Positions 35,240 to 48,900 of a stretch of DNA of 64,000 nt are shown here, piece after piece. Location: contig NIVC01001353.1 of assembly GCA_002269645.1 (NCBI GenBank), positions 143,906 to 207,905 on the forward strand, in the 5' to 3' direction. The notes beneath the pieces are model-generated. The model was not told the origin of the DNA and did no database searches. It saw only the letters and a list, made by a program, of their open reading frames with translations. The position numbers were made by a program, and so were the translations under genes. Within the stretch, counting starts at the first letter, position 1; each line of letters begins with the position of its first letter. This stretch comes from Macrostomum lignano (Eukaryota).

Positions 35240-35695
35240 ATCTGTGTGTCACTCTCCACTCATCTGTGTGTCACTCTCCCATCTCTGTGTCACACTACCA
35301 TGGTGTGTGTATGACTCTCTGATCTGTGTGTGTCACTCTCCCCTCATCTCTGTGTGTCACACTCTACCATTGTGTGTGTATGACTCTCTGATCTGTGTGT
35401 GTCACTCTCCCCTCATCTCTGTGTGTCACACTCTACCATTGTGTGTGTATGACTCTCTGATCTGTGTGTGTCACTCTCCCCTCATCTCTGTGTGTCACTC
35501 TCCCCTCATCTCTGTGTGTCACTCTCCCCTCATCTCTGTGTGTCACTCTCCCCTCATCTCTGTGTGTCACACTCTACCATTGTGTGTGTATGACTCTCTT
35601 ATCTGTGTGTGTCACTCTCCCCTCATCTGTGTCACTCTCTCTCTCTTTCTCTCTCTCTCTCTCATGATCTATGCAAGTGTATCACTCTCTCTGCT

Positions 35696-35766
<71 letters not shown>

Positions 35767-36125
35767 GTCTGATGATCTATGCAAGTGTGTCACTCTCTCT
35801 GATGATCTATGCAAGTGTGTCACTCTCTCTGATGATCTATGCAAATGTGTCACTCTCTCTGATGATCTATGCAAATGTGTCACTCTCTCTGATGATCTAT
35901 GCAAGTGTGTCACTCTCTCTGATGATCTATGCAAGTGTGTCACTCTCTCTCTGATGATCTATGCAAATGTGTCACTCTCTCTGATGATCTATGCAAATGT
36001 GTCACTCTCTCTGATGATCTATGCAAGTGTGTCACTCTCTCTCTGATGATCTATGCAAATGTGTCACTCTCTCTGATGATCTATGCAAATGTGTCACTCT
36101 CTCTGATGATCTACGCAAGTGTGTC
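35240..36125. repeat. Compound array: TGTCACTCTCCCCTCATCTCTGTG units, (CT)n, then about 30-bp GATGATCTATGCAAGTGTGTCACTCTCTCT units
   Basis: Tandem copies read directly, downstream of the 4E-T stop codon. Confidence 0.9.
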
Positions 36126-37499
36126 TTGGTCAAGGTCGCTCAAGGTCTTGGTTTGAGTATTTGGACTCCCATCTGCTCAGTTCTTCATCATCCCTTCCCG
36201 CATCGATTTTGCAAGCCAACAAACTTTCTGACATTTCTGAGCCCGTGCGCACGGCGCGGGATGATTCTCTTCTTTTTCAAATCAAATTGCTGGCTTCATT
36301 TGAGGAATCTTTTTCGGCGGTAAGATCAGCAAAAGTCGGTTTAGTAATCTACTGTTAGTAGGAGGGTTCGCGCGTGTTCTTCCGTCTTGTTGACTGTTTT
36401 TGAGCAGTTGTAGGTCAATAATAACAATAATAATAATACTGATCTGTAATACGGTTATTCACCTGTTTCGGCGTGTGCTCGCCTGCTTGTCTGATAAAGT
36501 ACATTTCGGACTGTCGTTTCGCTTATTCATTGAACTCAACTCGCATAGCAATCCGCCCCTAACAGTTATGTTAGCCTTGCATCAGATCTGGGGGTGTTTT
36601 TAAAGTGCACGTTTTTTCTTAGAAACCAGCTGTTTTGGAATCGAAAATCCGCTTCTTGTTGGTAATAGTAGTAAGGCTTGAGAAAAAAGTCATTCCATTT
36701 TGTTCGTGGCACTTTAAAAACTCCTTTAGCTGGTGTGCGCTGATCGAATCTACTTCGTATGTACTTCTCTATTATCCTCATTTTTTGTCTCCCCACTGCC
36801 TTTTCCGGCCTTACTAATTATTTTATTTAAATCAAATTCTCATTAAGCTCCCGCTGGAACTCTCTGCTATTCCCCCCTGGCAATTCCTCTTCTCGTGTAC
36901 AGAAAGAAGCAACAGTTCCAGATTAGAAGAACACTGCGAGTTCTGTCTGCTTTTTTTCCTGGGCAAAATTTGCAGAAAAAAAGTACGCCATCGCCCGAGC
37001 TGCATTTATTTCCCCTGTCACTCACCGGTCCGCGGTCAGCCCCTGTCATTTTTCCGGTGTCCCGGATTTGTCATCTAATTTCTTAAATATTTAATCAGCG
37101 TTTTGCTTGCGCCAAGAGCCGCCTGTTTGCGCTTGTTGGGTGGTCAACTATTTTGTAAGCCATATCTACATATAATTAATAATAATAATATTAAGATCGT
37201 TTTTCCCAATTTTGAAAACAAAGCCGACTAGCTGACTTGCTAAATAAACACGACGGAAGCCATTAGGGTCCGGGGTCTACATAAATAACTGTTTTTCTAA
37301 GGCAGTTTTTCAATTTAACAAAACTCTACTCTGATTTGTTCAAATCGAATTTGCTAATTTTTAGCGGAAAATCTGGAGAATTCAAATCTGTCTGTAGATC
37401 GATGGTGTTTTTCTGAGATCTATCTGTAGATTTTTGTTGACTTGAGATTGGCCAGGGCCTGTACATGTAGATCAATAGTGCTTATCTGTTTGTGGATGC

Positions 37500-39620
37500 C
37501 AAGATTAATAGATCAGTCGGTAGATCAGTCAAGATTTATGGATCAATCTGTAGATCCGTCAAAATTAATAGATCAATCTGCAGATCCGTCAAGATTAATA
37601 GATCAATCTGTAGATCCGTCAAAATTAATAGATCAGTCAAGATTTATGGATCAATCTGTAGATCCGTCAAAATTAATAGATCAGTCAAGATTTATGGATC
37701 AATCTGTAGATCCGTCAAAATTAATAGATCAGTCAAGATTAATAGATCAATCTGTAGATCAGTCAAAATTAATAGATCAATCTGTAGATCCGTCAAAATT
37801 AATAGATCAATCTGTAGATCAGTCAAGATTAATAGATCAATCTGTAGATCCATCAAAATTAATAGATCAATCTGTAGATCAGTCAAGATTAATAGATCAA
37901 TCTGTAGATCAGTCAAGATTAATAGATCAATCTGTAGATCAGTCAAGATTAACAGATCAATCTGTAGATCAGTTAAGATTAATAGATCAATCTGTAGATC
38001 AGTCAAGATTAATAGATCAATCTGTAGATCAGTCAAAATTAATAGATCAATCTGTAGATCAGTCAAGATTAATAAATCAATCTGTAGATCAGTCAATATT
38101 AATAGATCAATCTGTAGATCAGTCAAGATTAATAGATCAATCTGTAGATCAGTCAAGATTAATAGATCAATCTGTAGATCAGTCAAGATTTATGGGTCAG
38201 TCTGTAGATCAGTTAATATTAATAGATCAATCTGTAGATCAGTCAAGATTAATATTGCAATAAATCAATCTGTAGATCAGTCAAGATTAATAGATCAATC
38301 TGTAGATCAGTCAAGATTAATAGATCAATCTGTAGATCAGTCAAGATTAATAGATCAATCTGTAGATCAGTCAAGATTAATAAATCAATCTGTAGATCAG
38401 TCAAAATTACATGTAATAGATCAATCTGTAGATCAGTCAAGATTAATAGATCAATCTGTAGATCAGTCAAGATTAATAGATCAATCTGTAGATCAGTCAA
38501 GATTAATAGATCAATCTGTAGATCAGTCAAGATTAATAGATCAATCTGTAGATCAGTCAAGATTAATAGATCAATCTGTAGATCAGTCAAGATTAATAGA
38601 TCAATCTGTAGATCAGTCAAGATTAATAGATCAATCTGTAGATCAGCCAAGATTAATAGATCAATCTGTAGAACAGTCAAGATTAATAGATCAATCTGTA
38701 GATCAGTCAAGATTAATAGATCAATCTGTAGATCAGTCAAGATTAATAGATCAATCTGTAGATCAGTCAAGATTAATAGATCAATCTGTAGATCAGTCAA
38801 AATTAATAGATCAATCTGTAGATCAGTCAAGATTAATAGATCAATCTGTAGATCAGTCAAGATTAATAGATCAATCTGTAGATCAGTCAAGATTAATAGA
38901 TCAATCTGTAGATCAGTCAAGATTAATAGATCAATCTGTAGATCAGTCAAGATTAATAGATCAATCTGTAGATCAGTCAAGATTAATAGATCAATCTGTG
39001 GATCAGTCAAAATTAATAGATCAATCTGTAGATCCGTCAAGATTAATAGATCAATCTGTAGATCAGTCAAAATTAATAGATCAATCTGTAGATCCGTCAA
39101 GATTAATAGATCAATCTGTAGATCAGTCACGATTAATAGATCAATCTGTAGATCCGTCAAAATTAATAATAGATCAGTCGGTAGATCATTCAAGATTTAT
39201 GGGTCAGTCTGTAGATCAGTTAATATTAATAGATCAATCTGTAGATCAGTCAAGATTAATATTGCAATAAATCAATCTGTAGATCAGTCAAGATTAATAG
39301 ATCAATCTGTAGATCAGTCAAGATTAATAGATCAATCTGTAGATCAGTCAAGATTAATAGATCAATCTGTAGATCAGTCAAAATTAATAGATCAATCTGT
39401 AGATCAGTCAAGATTAATAGATCAATCTGTAGATCAGTCAAGATTAATAGATCAATCTGTAGATCAGTTAAGATTAATAGATCAATCTGTAGATCAGTCA
39501 AAATTAATAGATCAATCTGTAGATCCGTCAAAATTAATAATAGATCAGTCGGTAGATCAGTCAAGATTTATGGATCAGTCTGTAGATCAGTTAATATTAA
39601 TAGATCAATCTGTAGATCAG
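37500..39620. repeat. 30-bp minisatellite GATCAGTCAAGATTAATAGATCAATCTGTA
   Basis: About 70 copies. A diagnostic variant (AATATTGCAATAAATC) recurs about 1 kb apart (38230 and 39257). Confidence 0.97.
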
Positions 39621-40408
39621 CTCAGACTTGGATATCGCATCCACCATGAAGGCAAATGCTTGTGACCTGCGCGTACAATTAATATGAATAAGCATTCTCA
39701 CAATACAGCTCCAAGCGCAATGGCTTGGTCATTGCGGATTGCAGATATAGCAGACCTATAGGCTATAGCAGAACAAGCAAGCGCGGAAGCAACAATTGCA
39801 TAAACTCAGACTGCTCAGCGCACTCGCACTGCCGCGTACACACGCGAGAGTAGGCAGCGTAGGTTGCCAGGCCAGGGGAGAAAAAGCAGCTGCTGAAACT
39901 GCATTCGAGATATCGATCAGCACTGGGTGATCGGAACCGCTTCGTGCTTCCTTTTCGTAGGGGGGGGGGTGCAGGGACTTCTAAGTGCCTGTGGACTGGA
40001 AGCCGGGATAAACAACAAGGGATCCTAAAATTCAACTATTTTGGATTAAAATAAGATTTTTCCAATTCTATCTGACAGAAGATATCTGCCATCTTAAATT
40101 ACATTACATTATATCAGGGGAATTTATTTAGCTCCACTTCAGATCTGGTTTACTTACTATCTTTGCCGGTCTTCGAGTCCACCGGTGCTAATTCTAGGAG
40201 TCCCTGCATGGCAGGGGTGGGCGCGTGGGTGAGGATTTTCCCCCCAGAAGGAATTCCAGAAAGCTTCTGAAGAGAAGCGGCTCTCCTCGAGAGTTTGAGC
40301 CGTCAGCCGCGGTACAAAAAGCCTCTCGGGTCTCCCCCACTGCGCCAACTCGAGACCGGCGGGACCTCTGCACAGATCGCCCAGTCCACAGCCGAGTCGA
40401 AGAAGGCC

Positions 40409-40774
40409 ATGTCCGCCAGCAGCGAGCCGAGCCAGGAGCAGCAGGTCAAGCTGCTCGCCGAACTGCGGCAGCGGGTTGCCGGCGAGGAGCCGCTACCTGG
40501 AGAGGACTACTTCCAGGATGAAGTCACGTGAGCTATTCCTAATGTATTCTGATCTGTTATCGGATTTGAACCAATGCGTAATGCCCGGCCCGCTTCAGTC
40601 TGCTTCGCTTCCTGCGGGCCCGCGAATGGAATCTCGACGCCGCCGAGAAGCAGCTCCGCGGCGCCATCGACTGGCGAAGGTCCTACAAGCCGCTGACTGC
40701 CGAGTGCCGCTGGTGCATCGAGGAGCCCGGATACCACAGCATGGTCTGTCTGTCTGTCTGTCTGTCTGTCTGCC

Positions 40775-40823
<49 letters not shown>

Positions 40824-40826
40824 GCC

Positions 40827-40859
<33 letters not shown>

Positions 40860-43108
40860 GCCTGTCTGTCTGTCTGTCTGTCTGTCTTAGTTATTTATAT
40901 TCAACTTCCACAGCGGCAGGTCGGCTTTGACCTGGGCGGCCGGCCGGTGATCTACTCCTGCTTTGCCCAAGCAGACGCCAAGAGCAACAACACTGAAGAT
41001 TCGATCGCTCACTGCACCTTCTTGATCGAGAACGCGAAGCGCACCATGAAGCCGGGAGTCACCACCTGGGTGTTTGTGATTGACTGCACAGGTGCGTGGG
41101 TGCATTTCTCTTTTGGACTGCTGATTTTTTATTTTAAAGGCAGAAAGTAATGAAGGTGAGGACAGGCAGACAGACACCAAGACAGACACTGAGACAGACA
41201 CTAAGAGAGACACTTGCGCAGGCATAGAGACACTAAGAGAGACACTAGCGCAGGCAGACAGACACTAAGACAGATACTAAGACAGACACTAAGACAGACA
41301 CTAAGACAGACACTCAGACAGACACTAAGACAGACACTAAGACAGACACTAAGACAGAAACTAGCGCAGGCATAGAGACACTAAGAGAGACACTAGCGCA
41401 GGCAGACAGACACTAAGACAGACACTAAGACAGACACTAAGACAGACACTAAGACAGACACTAAGACAGACACTAGCGCAGGCAGACAGACACTAAGACA
41501 GACACTAAGACAGACACTAGCGCAGGCATAGAGACACTAAGAGAGACACTAGCGCAGGCAGACAGACACTAAGACAGACACTAAGACAGACACTAAGACA
41601 GACACTAGCGCAGGCAGACAGACACTAAGACAGACACTAGCGCAGGCAGACAGACACTAAGACAGACACTAAGACAGACACTAAGACAGACACTAAGACA
41701 GACACTAGCGCAGGCAGATAGACACTAAGACAGACACTAGCGCAGGCAGACAGACACTAAGACAGACACTAAGACAGACACTAAGACGGACACTAAGACA
41801 GACACTAAGACAGACACTAGCGCAGGCAGACAGACACTATGACAGACACTAGCGCAGGCAGACAGACACTAAGACAGACACTAAGACAGACACTAAGACG
41901 GACACTAAGACAGACACTAGCGCAGGCAGATAGACACTAAGACAGACACTAGCGCAGGCAGACAGACACTAGGACAGACACTAAGACAGACACTAAGACG
42001 GACACTAAGACAGACACTAGCGCAGGCAGACAGTCACCAAGCCCCACCCGCCGCAGGCATCACGCTGCCGCTGTGCAACCCGAGTCTTGGCTCGGGAGTC
42101 ATCGGGGTGTTCAGCAACTTCTACCCGGAGCACCTGGAGCGGATCGTGTGCGTCAACCACAGCAGCCTGTTCCACGGCGTCTGGAGCGCCATCCGCGTGT
42201 TCATCGACCCCAAGACCGTCAAGAAGATGAAGTTCATCAAGGGCAAAGAGAAAATACAGCGGAAATTCGGGCAGATGTTCGGCGACGAACTGACGCGATG
42301 GCTGGTTGATGAGATTCGGCTGAATAAGCAGGTGAGGGAAGTGGGGGGGGGTCTGACTCGCGCCACGAGAGCCGGATTCATTTTTGGGCTTGTGCAGGAA
42401 ATATTGGCCGAGGGTTGTCGTACATTTCACAGTTATCAACCCAAACCCATCTAGCAACCTGCCTAGCTAGATTAGCAATCCATCTAGCTAGATTAGCAAT
42501 CCATAAGCGCTAGATTAGCAATCCATAAGCGCTAGATTAGCAACCCATAAGCGCTAGACCAGCAACCCATAAGCGCTAGATTAGCAACCCATAAGCGCTA
42601 GATTATCGCAATCCCCCTCACCGGCCAGGAACCCATGTCGGAGGCGCAGGAGAAGTTCTGGGAGGGCCCGATGCGCCCAAACCAGCACGATCCTCGCGGC
42701 TGTCCCTCCTACGTGGAGCAGTTCGTAGATCCCTACTTCCTTCGAGTGAAGCAGCTGGAGCTGCAGTCTGGCGAGGAGTCCACAGCCGGCGGTCTCTACC
42801 GGCTGCACCCCAACATCGCCGACCAGCAGCTGGGCCGTCTGGTGCCCTACGTGCCGCGGTGCCGGCGCAAGGAGGAGAAGAAAAAAGCCGCCGCTGCTGC
42901 CGCCGCAGCCGCCACCGCGGCCGCCGCTCCAGCCTCTAAACCGGTGGCGACGGCAGCTGAGCCGACCAAGGCCGAGCTGGCGGCCTACGGGGTCGCCCCG
43001 GTGGCAGCCAGCGACATTCCTGAGTTGGCTGGCGAGTCCTCAAGCTCCGATGACGAGCAGCTCGCCAGCGGTGTCGGCGCCGCTGCCGCGGTGGCTGGCG
43101 GCAAGTGA
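40409..43108 (+). CDS. CRAL-TRIO/Sec14-family lipid-binding protein, 5 exons, about 398 aa
   Basis: Exons 40409-40527, 40599-40743, 40914-41091, 42057-42331 and 42629-43108 join in frame. Motifs: DEVTLLRFLRAREWNLDAAEKQL..AIDWRR (CRAL-TRIO N), GFDLGGRPVIY, VFVIDCTG, FYPEHLERIVCVN, FIDPKTVKK. Confidence 0.9.
40744..40887. repeat. (TGTC)n microsatellite forming most of CRAL-TRIO intron 2
   Basis: The donor GT is itself the first repeat unit. Confidence 0.95.
41160..42030. repeat. 12-bp CAGACACTAAGA / CAGACACTAGCGCAGG array, CRAL-TRIO intron 3
   Basis: Tandem copies read directly. Confidence 0.95.
42455..42605. repeat. 22-bp repeat GCTAGATTAGCAACCCATAAGC, CRAL-TRIO intron 4
   Basis: About 6 copies. 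Confidence 0.9.
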
Positions 43109-43397
43109 CTGCGCTGAGCGCATTTTTAATTTTTAATTTTTACTTCGAGTTTTCCCGCAATTTCCTAGTAATACTACTTGCTGCTGCCAGTCATGAGTAG
43201 TGCTAAACGCTTTGGACTTTTTATGACAGTTTCTTGGTAGTAAAAATTAAGTTAGATGCGCTGTTTATACTACTGGCAGAAGCGGAATTTCAGGCAATTA
43301 GCAATTTTTTCAATATTTGATTTATTAGCCTGTGTTTCCTTTTTCCTAGCACTGAATTTGACTCATTTTTGTAGCTTAATTCTGTTTAGAAACTATG

Positions 43398-43820
43398 GTG
43401 CAGGGTCTGAGTGATGCAGGGTCTGAGTGATGCAGGATCTGAGTGATGCAGGGTCTGAGTGATGCAGGGTCTGAGTGATGCAGGATCTGAGTGGTGCAGG
43501 GTCTGAGTGATGCAGGGTCTGAGTGATGCAGAGTCTGAGTGATGCAGGGTCTGAGTGATGCAGGGTCTGAGTGATGCAGGGTCTGAGTGATGCAGGGTCT
43601 GAGTGATGCAGGGTCTGAGTGATGCAGGGTCTGAGTGATGCAGGGTCGGAGTGATGCAGAGTCTGAGTGATGCAGAGTCTGAGTGATGCGGGGTCTGAGT
43701 GATGCGGGGTCTGAGTGATGCGGGGTCTGAGTGATGCAGGGTCTGAGTGATGCGGGGTCTGAGTGATGCAGGGTCTGAGTGATGCAGGGTCTGAGTGATG
43801 CAGGGTCTGAGTGATGCAGA
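43398..43820. repeat. 16-bp minisatellite GCAGGGTCTGAGTGAT
   Basis: About 26 copies between the CRAL-TRIO gene and thioredoxin. Confidence 0.95.
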
Positions 43821-44398
43821 GTGTGATGGCTGGGATCTTCAAAATGTAAGTATCGAGCCTAAAATTGCCCAGCTGCCTACTAGTGAAAAAATCGTCAAGT
43901 TAATCTGCTTCCAGTCCCCTTCCTCACTACTTAATTAGTTTGCTTTGTCAATTAGTGTCACTGAACTTCTCAACCGCTTTTCGCTAGTACATTTTATTCA
44001 AAATAAAAAAGACTCGTAGTTAATGAGGCCTTCACGCACAGATGTTGTGCTGAAAAACTGTTTGCAACCTATAAGGCGTGTCTTTTGCTATAATGCTACA
44101 TCAGCTCAAAGCCAGTATTTTACGTCTGCCACAATTGTATACTTTTTGAGTATCTCAATGATGCAGATGAAGAGAGGCCATGCACGATACAGTTGGCAAG
44201 CATGCAAAGACTATGGAAAAATACCGAGCTCACCAGCACTCTCCAACCCTGACTCACCCGCCCCCTCCCGCGGCAGATGTCGACAAAAGCAGCCCTCGGC
44301 GCGGAAAGGCCAGCTCTTTGAGTTTTACATTGACACGCAGAGCTGCACCCAAAGCCCCAGACTTTCCGCCAGACCTGCAAGCCTGCGCCAAATTCAAC

Positions 44399-44716
44399 AT
44401 GGTGAATTTTCTGAAAACGAAAGCCGACTTCGACAACCTGCTGACCGGCTCGCAGGGCAAGCTGGTGGTGATTGACTTCACCGCCAGCTGGTGCGGCCCC
44501 TGCCGCATGATCGCCCCGAAGTTCGAGCAGCTCGCCACCGACACGCCCAGCGTCTTGTTCGCCAAGGTCGACGTCGACGAGAATGCTGACGCGGCGTCGG
44601 CCGCCGGCATCGAGTGCATGCCGACGTTCAAGTTCTACAAGGACGGCAAGGAGGTCGACGAGCTCAAGGGCGCCGACTACGACGGGATTGTGAAGCGAGT
44701 GAAGCAGCACGCCTGA
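44399..44716 (+). CDS. TXN: Cytosolic thioredoxin (105 aa, intronless)
   Basis: MVNFLKT...KLVVIDFTASWCGPCRMIAP...CMPTFKFYKDG: WCGPC active site and cis-Pro motif MPT. Confidence 0.93.
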   Translation: MVNFLKTKADFDNLLTGSQGKLVVIDFTASWCGPCRMIAPKFEQLATDTPSVLFAKVDVDENADAASAAGIECMPTFKFYKDGKEVDELKGADYDGIVKRVKQHA

Positions 44717-45661
44717 GCCCGGTGGTCAATTCTGTTTAGTAAATTAATTCTCCTACCAGCTGGAACTGTGACTGGAACTAAAACTATAGCTATATAAATA
44801 AATCTCTACTTGATTCATTGGGAACTAAACCACAATATAATCAATTAATCAATAAAAAAGACTACTTTATTGCTTGGTGTGCAACGGGTGTTCCAAAAAG
44901 CTTACCGAATCGAATGCAGTTTTCGGTCGGCATGTTGCGCAGCTGGAGATCAGGGCGTAGGAGTACCCAACTGGAGTTCATTTATAATACGAGCTATAGC
45001 ATTTTTGGGAAACCTGATATACTTTATATGTATTGCTCTTCCTGTATGAGATACCATGGGTATTATCCATTATTTATGATTTAATTTGTCTAGTAGAAGT
45101 ATATTTTGTTATTTTACAGTTTTTTAACTAACCAGTTTTTCGCTAGATAAGTACGATTTACAATTTCGAACGCATCCTAGGTTCTTGGCGGCAGTTTGAA
45201 TTTTTAATATTGATTTATTTTATTTTTAACAAATACTTTAAAAAACTTTTAAAGCACGAGAAAAACCGTTCATTCTTTATCAAAGGCGAAAAATCATGTT
45301 ACTTAAGATCGATATCGCAATGTAATATTATAATCAAATTACACCTTTAAGGCCCATCGATCGGCTTGTTTACCGATCCGGTTTGATACCTTTTTTAGGC
45401 ATACATATCAAAACACCACATATAATTGTACGAATTAGAAAGAATTTTAACGAAATGATCGTTTTTCTACTGCTAGTAGTTGAGTCAAACAAGTTTTAAA
45501 AATTAAACAAAAGGCTTGATTTTGCATTGCGTAATGATTTTTACAGAAAGAGATACCGTAGTTTTATTAATAATAATTCTTGTAATGTAACAATTGATCA
45601 AAAAGTTAATTGAAGCGACGTGGAGAAGGAAACAAAAAAATTATTTGCACGAAAAAAGTTT

Positions 45662-45733
45662 GGGCTCAGCCGGGATTTGAACCCGGGACCACTCGCACCC
45701 TAAGCGAGTATCATACCCCTAGACCACTGAGCC
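45662..45733 (-). tRNA. tRNA-Pro(AGG)
   Basis: Minus strand reads GGCTCAGTGGTCTAGGGGTATGATACTCGCTT-AGG-GTGCGAGTGGTCCCGGGTTCAAATCCCGGCTGAGCCC: 72 nt, intact stems, A and B boxes, downstream T6 terminator. Confidence 0.96.
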
Positions 45734-45903
45734 GCTCTGTGGGGCGTGTCAGAGTTGGCTATTTGATGTATTATACGCAATGAGGGCATGAAATTTAGCC
45801 GAAAATGCCTGTATGCCTACAAATTCATGCTGCACGCAACTCAGTCATAAAAGGCGTATTAAAATTGTTAACTTCAATTCACATAAGTTCAGCCTTCTCT
45901 CCT

Positions 45904-48900
45904 TCACGGACCACTGATTAGGTAGCTGCCCTTCGCCCACACCTGCGTGTGGTATTGCATTACGTAGCTGTCTTGAAAGGAGTCCCGGCACTGTCTGAGC
46001 TGTGTTCTGTTTTCGAATCTTCCATAAAGTCTGCAGTGCCTGCTGTTCAGCAGCATCCAGCTGTACGGGTTGAAATAGGCTGGCGGGTACACCGTCAGGA
46101 AGTCGCGGCCGTCCACCCGGATGCCAGACGGCGCGATGCCCAGCTGCCTGGCCGCGTGGATGCCGCTCATGATGAGGTAGGGACCTGCGGGGCCGGGCGG
46201 AAAGTGCAGAGACTTACTTATAAGTGCACCCACAAGAGTCCCTCACATCGGAATCGCCCCCTTTCTAGAATCGCCCCTATCTAGAATCGCCCCCTATGTG
46301 GAATCGCCCCAATCTAGAATCACCCCTATATCTCGAATCGCCCCTTATCTAGAATCTCCCTTGTCCAGAATCGCCCCTATCTAGAATCACACCTATCTAG
46401 AATCGCTCCTTATCTAGAATCGCTCATATCTAGAATCACCCCTATCTAGAATCGCCCCTTATCTAGAGTCGCCCCCTATCTAGAATCGCCCCTATCTAGA
46501 ATCACACCTATCTGAATCAACCCTATCTAGAATCGCCCCTTATCTAGAGTCGCCCCTTATCTAGAATCGCCCCTATCTAGAATCGCCCCTTATCTAGAGT
46601 CGCCCCCTATCTAGAATCGCCCCTATCTAGAATCAGCCCTATCTAGAATCGCCCCTTATCTAGAGTCGCCCCTATCTAGAATCGCCCCTATCTAGAAGCG
46701 CCCCTATCTAGAATTGCCCCTATCTAGAAGCACCCCTATCTAGAATCGCCCCTTATCTAGAATCTCCCTTGTCCAGAATCGCCCCTATCTAGAATCGCCC
46801 CTATCTAGAATCACCCCTATCTAGAATCGCCCCTTATCTAGAATCTCCCCTATCTAGAATCGCCCCTTATCTAGAATCTCCCCTATCTAGAATCGCCCAT
46901 ATCTAGAATCACCCCTATCTGGAATCGCCCCTTATCTAGAATCTCCCTTGTCCAGAATCGCCCCCATCTAGAGTCGCCCCTATCTAGAATCACCCCTATC
47001 TAGAATCGCCCCTTATCTAGAATCTCCCCTATCTAGAATCGCCCCTTATCTAGAATCTCCCCTATCTAGAATCGCCCATATCTAGAATCACCCCTATCTG
47101 GAATCGCCCCTATCTAGAATCACACCTATCTAGAATCAGCCCTATCTAGAATCACCCCTATCTAGAACTTATCAAGGTGAATCGCGCACAGTGGTCTGTG
47201 CTCTAGAGACACAACTCAAAGCCTACAGACCCACCGCTGCTCATGATTGGCATCTCCCCAGTGGTGGCATTCAAGTACACGATGAGGTCCCAAAAGAACG
47301 GATGTCGCGGCCGGCTGTACATGAATGAATTTTCAATTTGGCCCTCGGCAACGTAGGCGGGATCTCTGGGTGAGCGGATCATCAGGCCCTGCCAATATGG
47401 ATTGGGCCTCAGTTGTCTGTAGCTTGCTCATATTTTCAGCATTCTAGGAATTCAGGAATTAAAATAATATATGCATAATCGGGTAATGTTCATAAAGGGA
47501 AGCACTGAGTGTGAGGGAGACACCGAGTGAGAGGGAGAGACACCGTGTGAGAGGGAGAGACACCGTGTGAGAAGGAGAGACACCGTATGAGAGGGAGAGA
47601 CACCGAGTGAAAGGGAGAGACACCGAGTAAAAGGGAGAGACACCGAGTGAAAGGGAGAGACACCGAGTGAAAGGGAGAGACACCGTGTGAGAGGGAGAGA
47701 CACCGAGAGAAAGGGAGAGACACCGAGTGAAAGGGAGAGACACCGTGTGAGAGGGAGAGACACCGAGTGAAAGGGAGAGACACCGAGTGAAAGAGAGAGA
47801 CACCGTGTGAGAGGGAGAGACACCGAGTGAAAGGGAGAGACACCGAGTGAAAGGGAGAGACACCGTGTGAGAGGGAGAGACACCGAGTGAAAGGGAGAGA
47901 CACCGAGTGAAAGGGAGAGACACCGAATGAAAGGGAGAGACACCGTGTGAGAGGGAGAGACACCGAGTGAGAGGGAGAGACACCGAGTGAAAGGGAGAGA
48001 CACCGTGTGAGAGGGAGAGACACCGAGTGAAAGGGAGAGACACCGAGTGAAAGGGAGAGACACCGTGTGAGAGGGAGAGACACCGAGTGAAAGGGAGAGA
48101 CACCGAGTAAAAGGGAGAGACACCGAGTGAAAGGGAGAGACACCGAATGAAAGGGAGAGACACCGAGTGAAAGGGAGAGACACCGAGTGAAAGGGAGAGA
48201 CACCGTGTCAGAGGGAGAGACACCGAGTGAGAGGGAGAGACACCGAGTGAAAGGGAGAGACACCGTGTGAGAGGGAGAGACACCGAGTGAAAGGGAGAGA
48301 CACCGAGTGAAAGGGAGAGACACCGCGTGAAAGGGAGAGACACCGTGTGAGAGGGAGAGACACCGAGTGAAAGGGAGAGACACCGAGTAAAAGGGAGAGA
48401 CACCGTGTGAGAGGGAGAGACACCGAGTGAAAGGGAGAGACACCGAGTGAAAGGGAGAGACACCGTGTGAGAGGGAGAGACACCGAGTGAAAGGGAGAGA
48501 CACCGAGTAAAAGGGAGAGACACCGTGTGAGAGGGAGAGACACCGAGTGAAAGGGAGAGACACCGAGTAAAAGGGAGAGACACCGAGTGAAAGGGAGAGA
48601 CACCGAGTGAAAGGGAGAGACACCGAGTGAAAGGGAGAGACACCGTGTGAGAGGGAGAGACACCGAGTGAAAGGGAGAGACACCGTGTGAGAGGGAGAGA
48701 CACCGAGTGAAAGGGAGAGACACCGAGTGAAAGGGAGAGACACCGAATGAAAGGGAGAGACACCGAGTGAAAGGGAGAGACACCGAGTGAAAGGGAGAGA
48801 CACCGAGTGAAAGGGAGAGACACCGTGTGAGAGGGAGAGACACCGAGTGAGAGGGAGAGACACCGAGTGAAAGGGAGAGACACCGTGTAAGAGGGAGAGA

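Noticed and set aside
37442-39564. Long ORFs with DQSVDQSRLI / ILTDLQIDLL repeats
   Set aside because: Products of a 30-bp satellite; no evidence of coding.
44180-44398. N-terminal extension of thioredoxin (possible targeting peptide)
   Set aside because: A good splice acceptor at 44372 lies between the upstream ATG and the canonical MVNFL start. The extension does not look like a mitochondrial or signal peptide.
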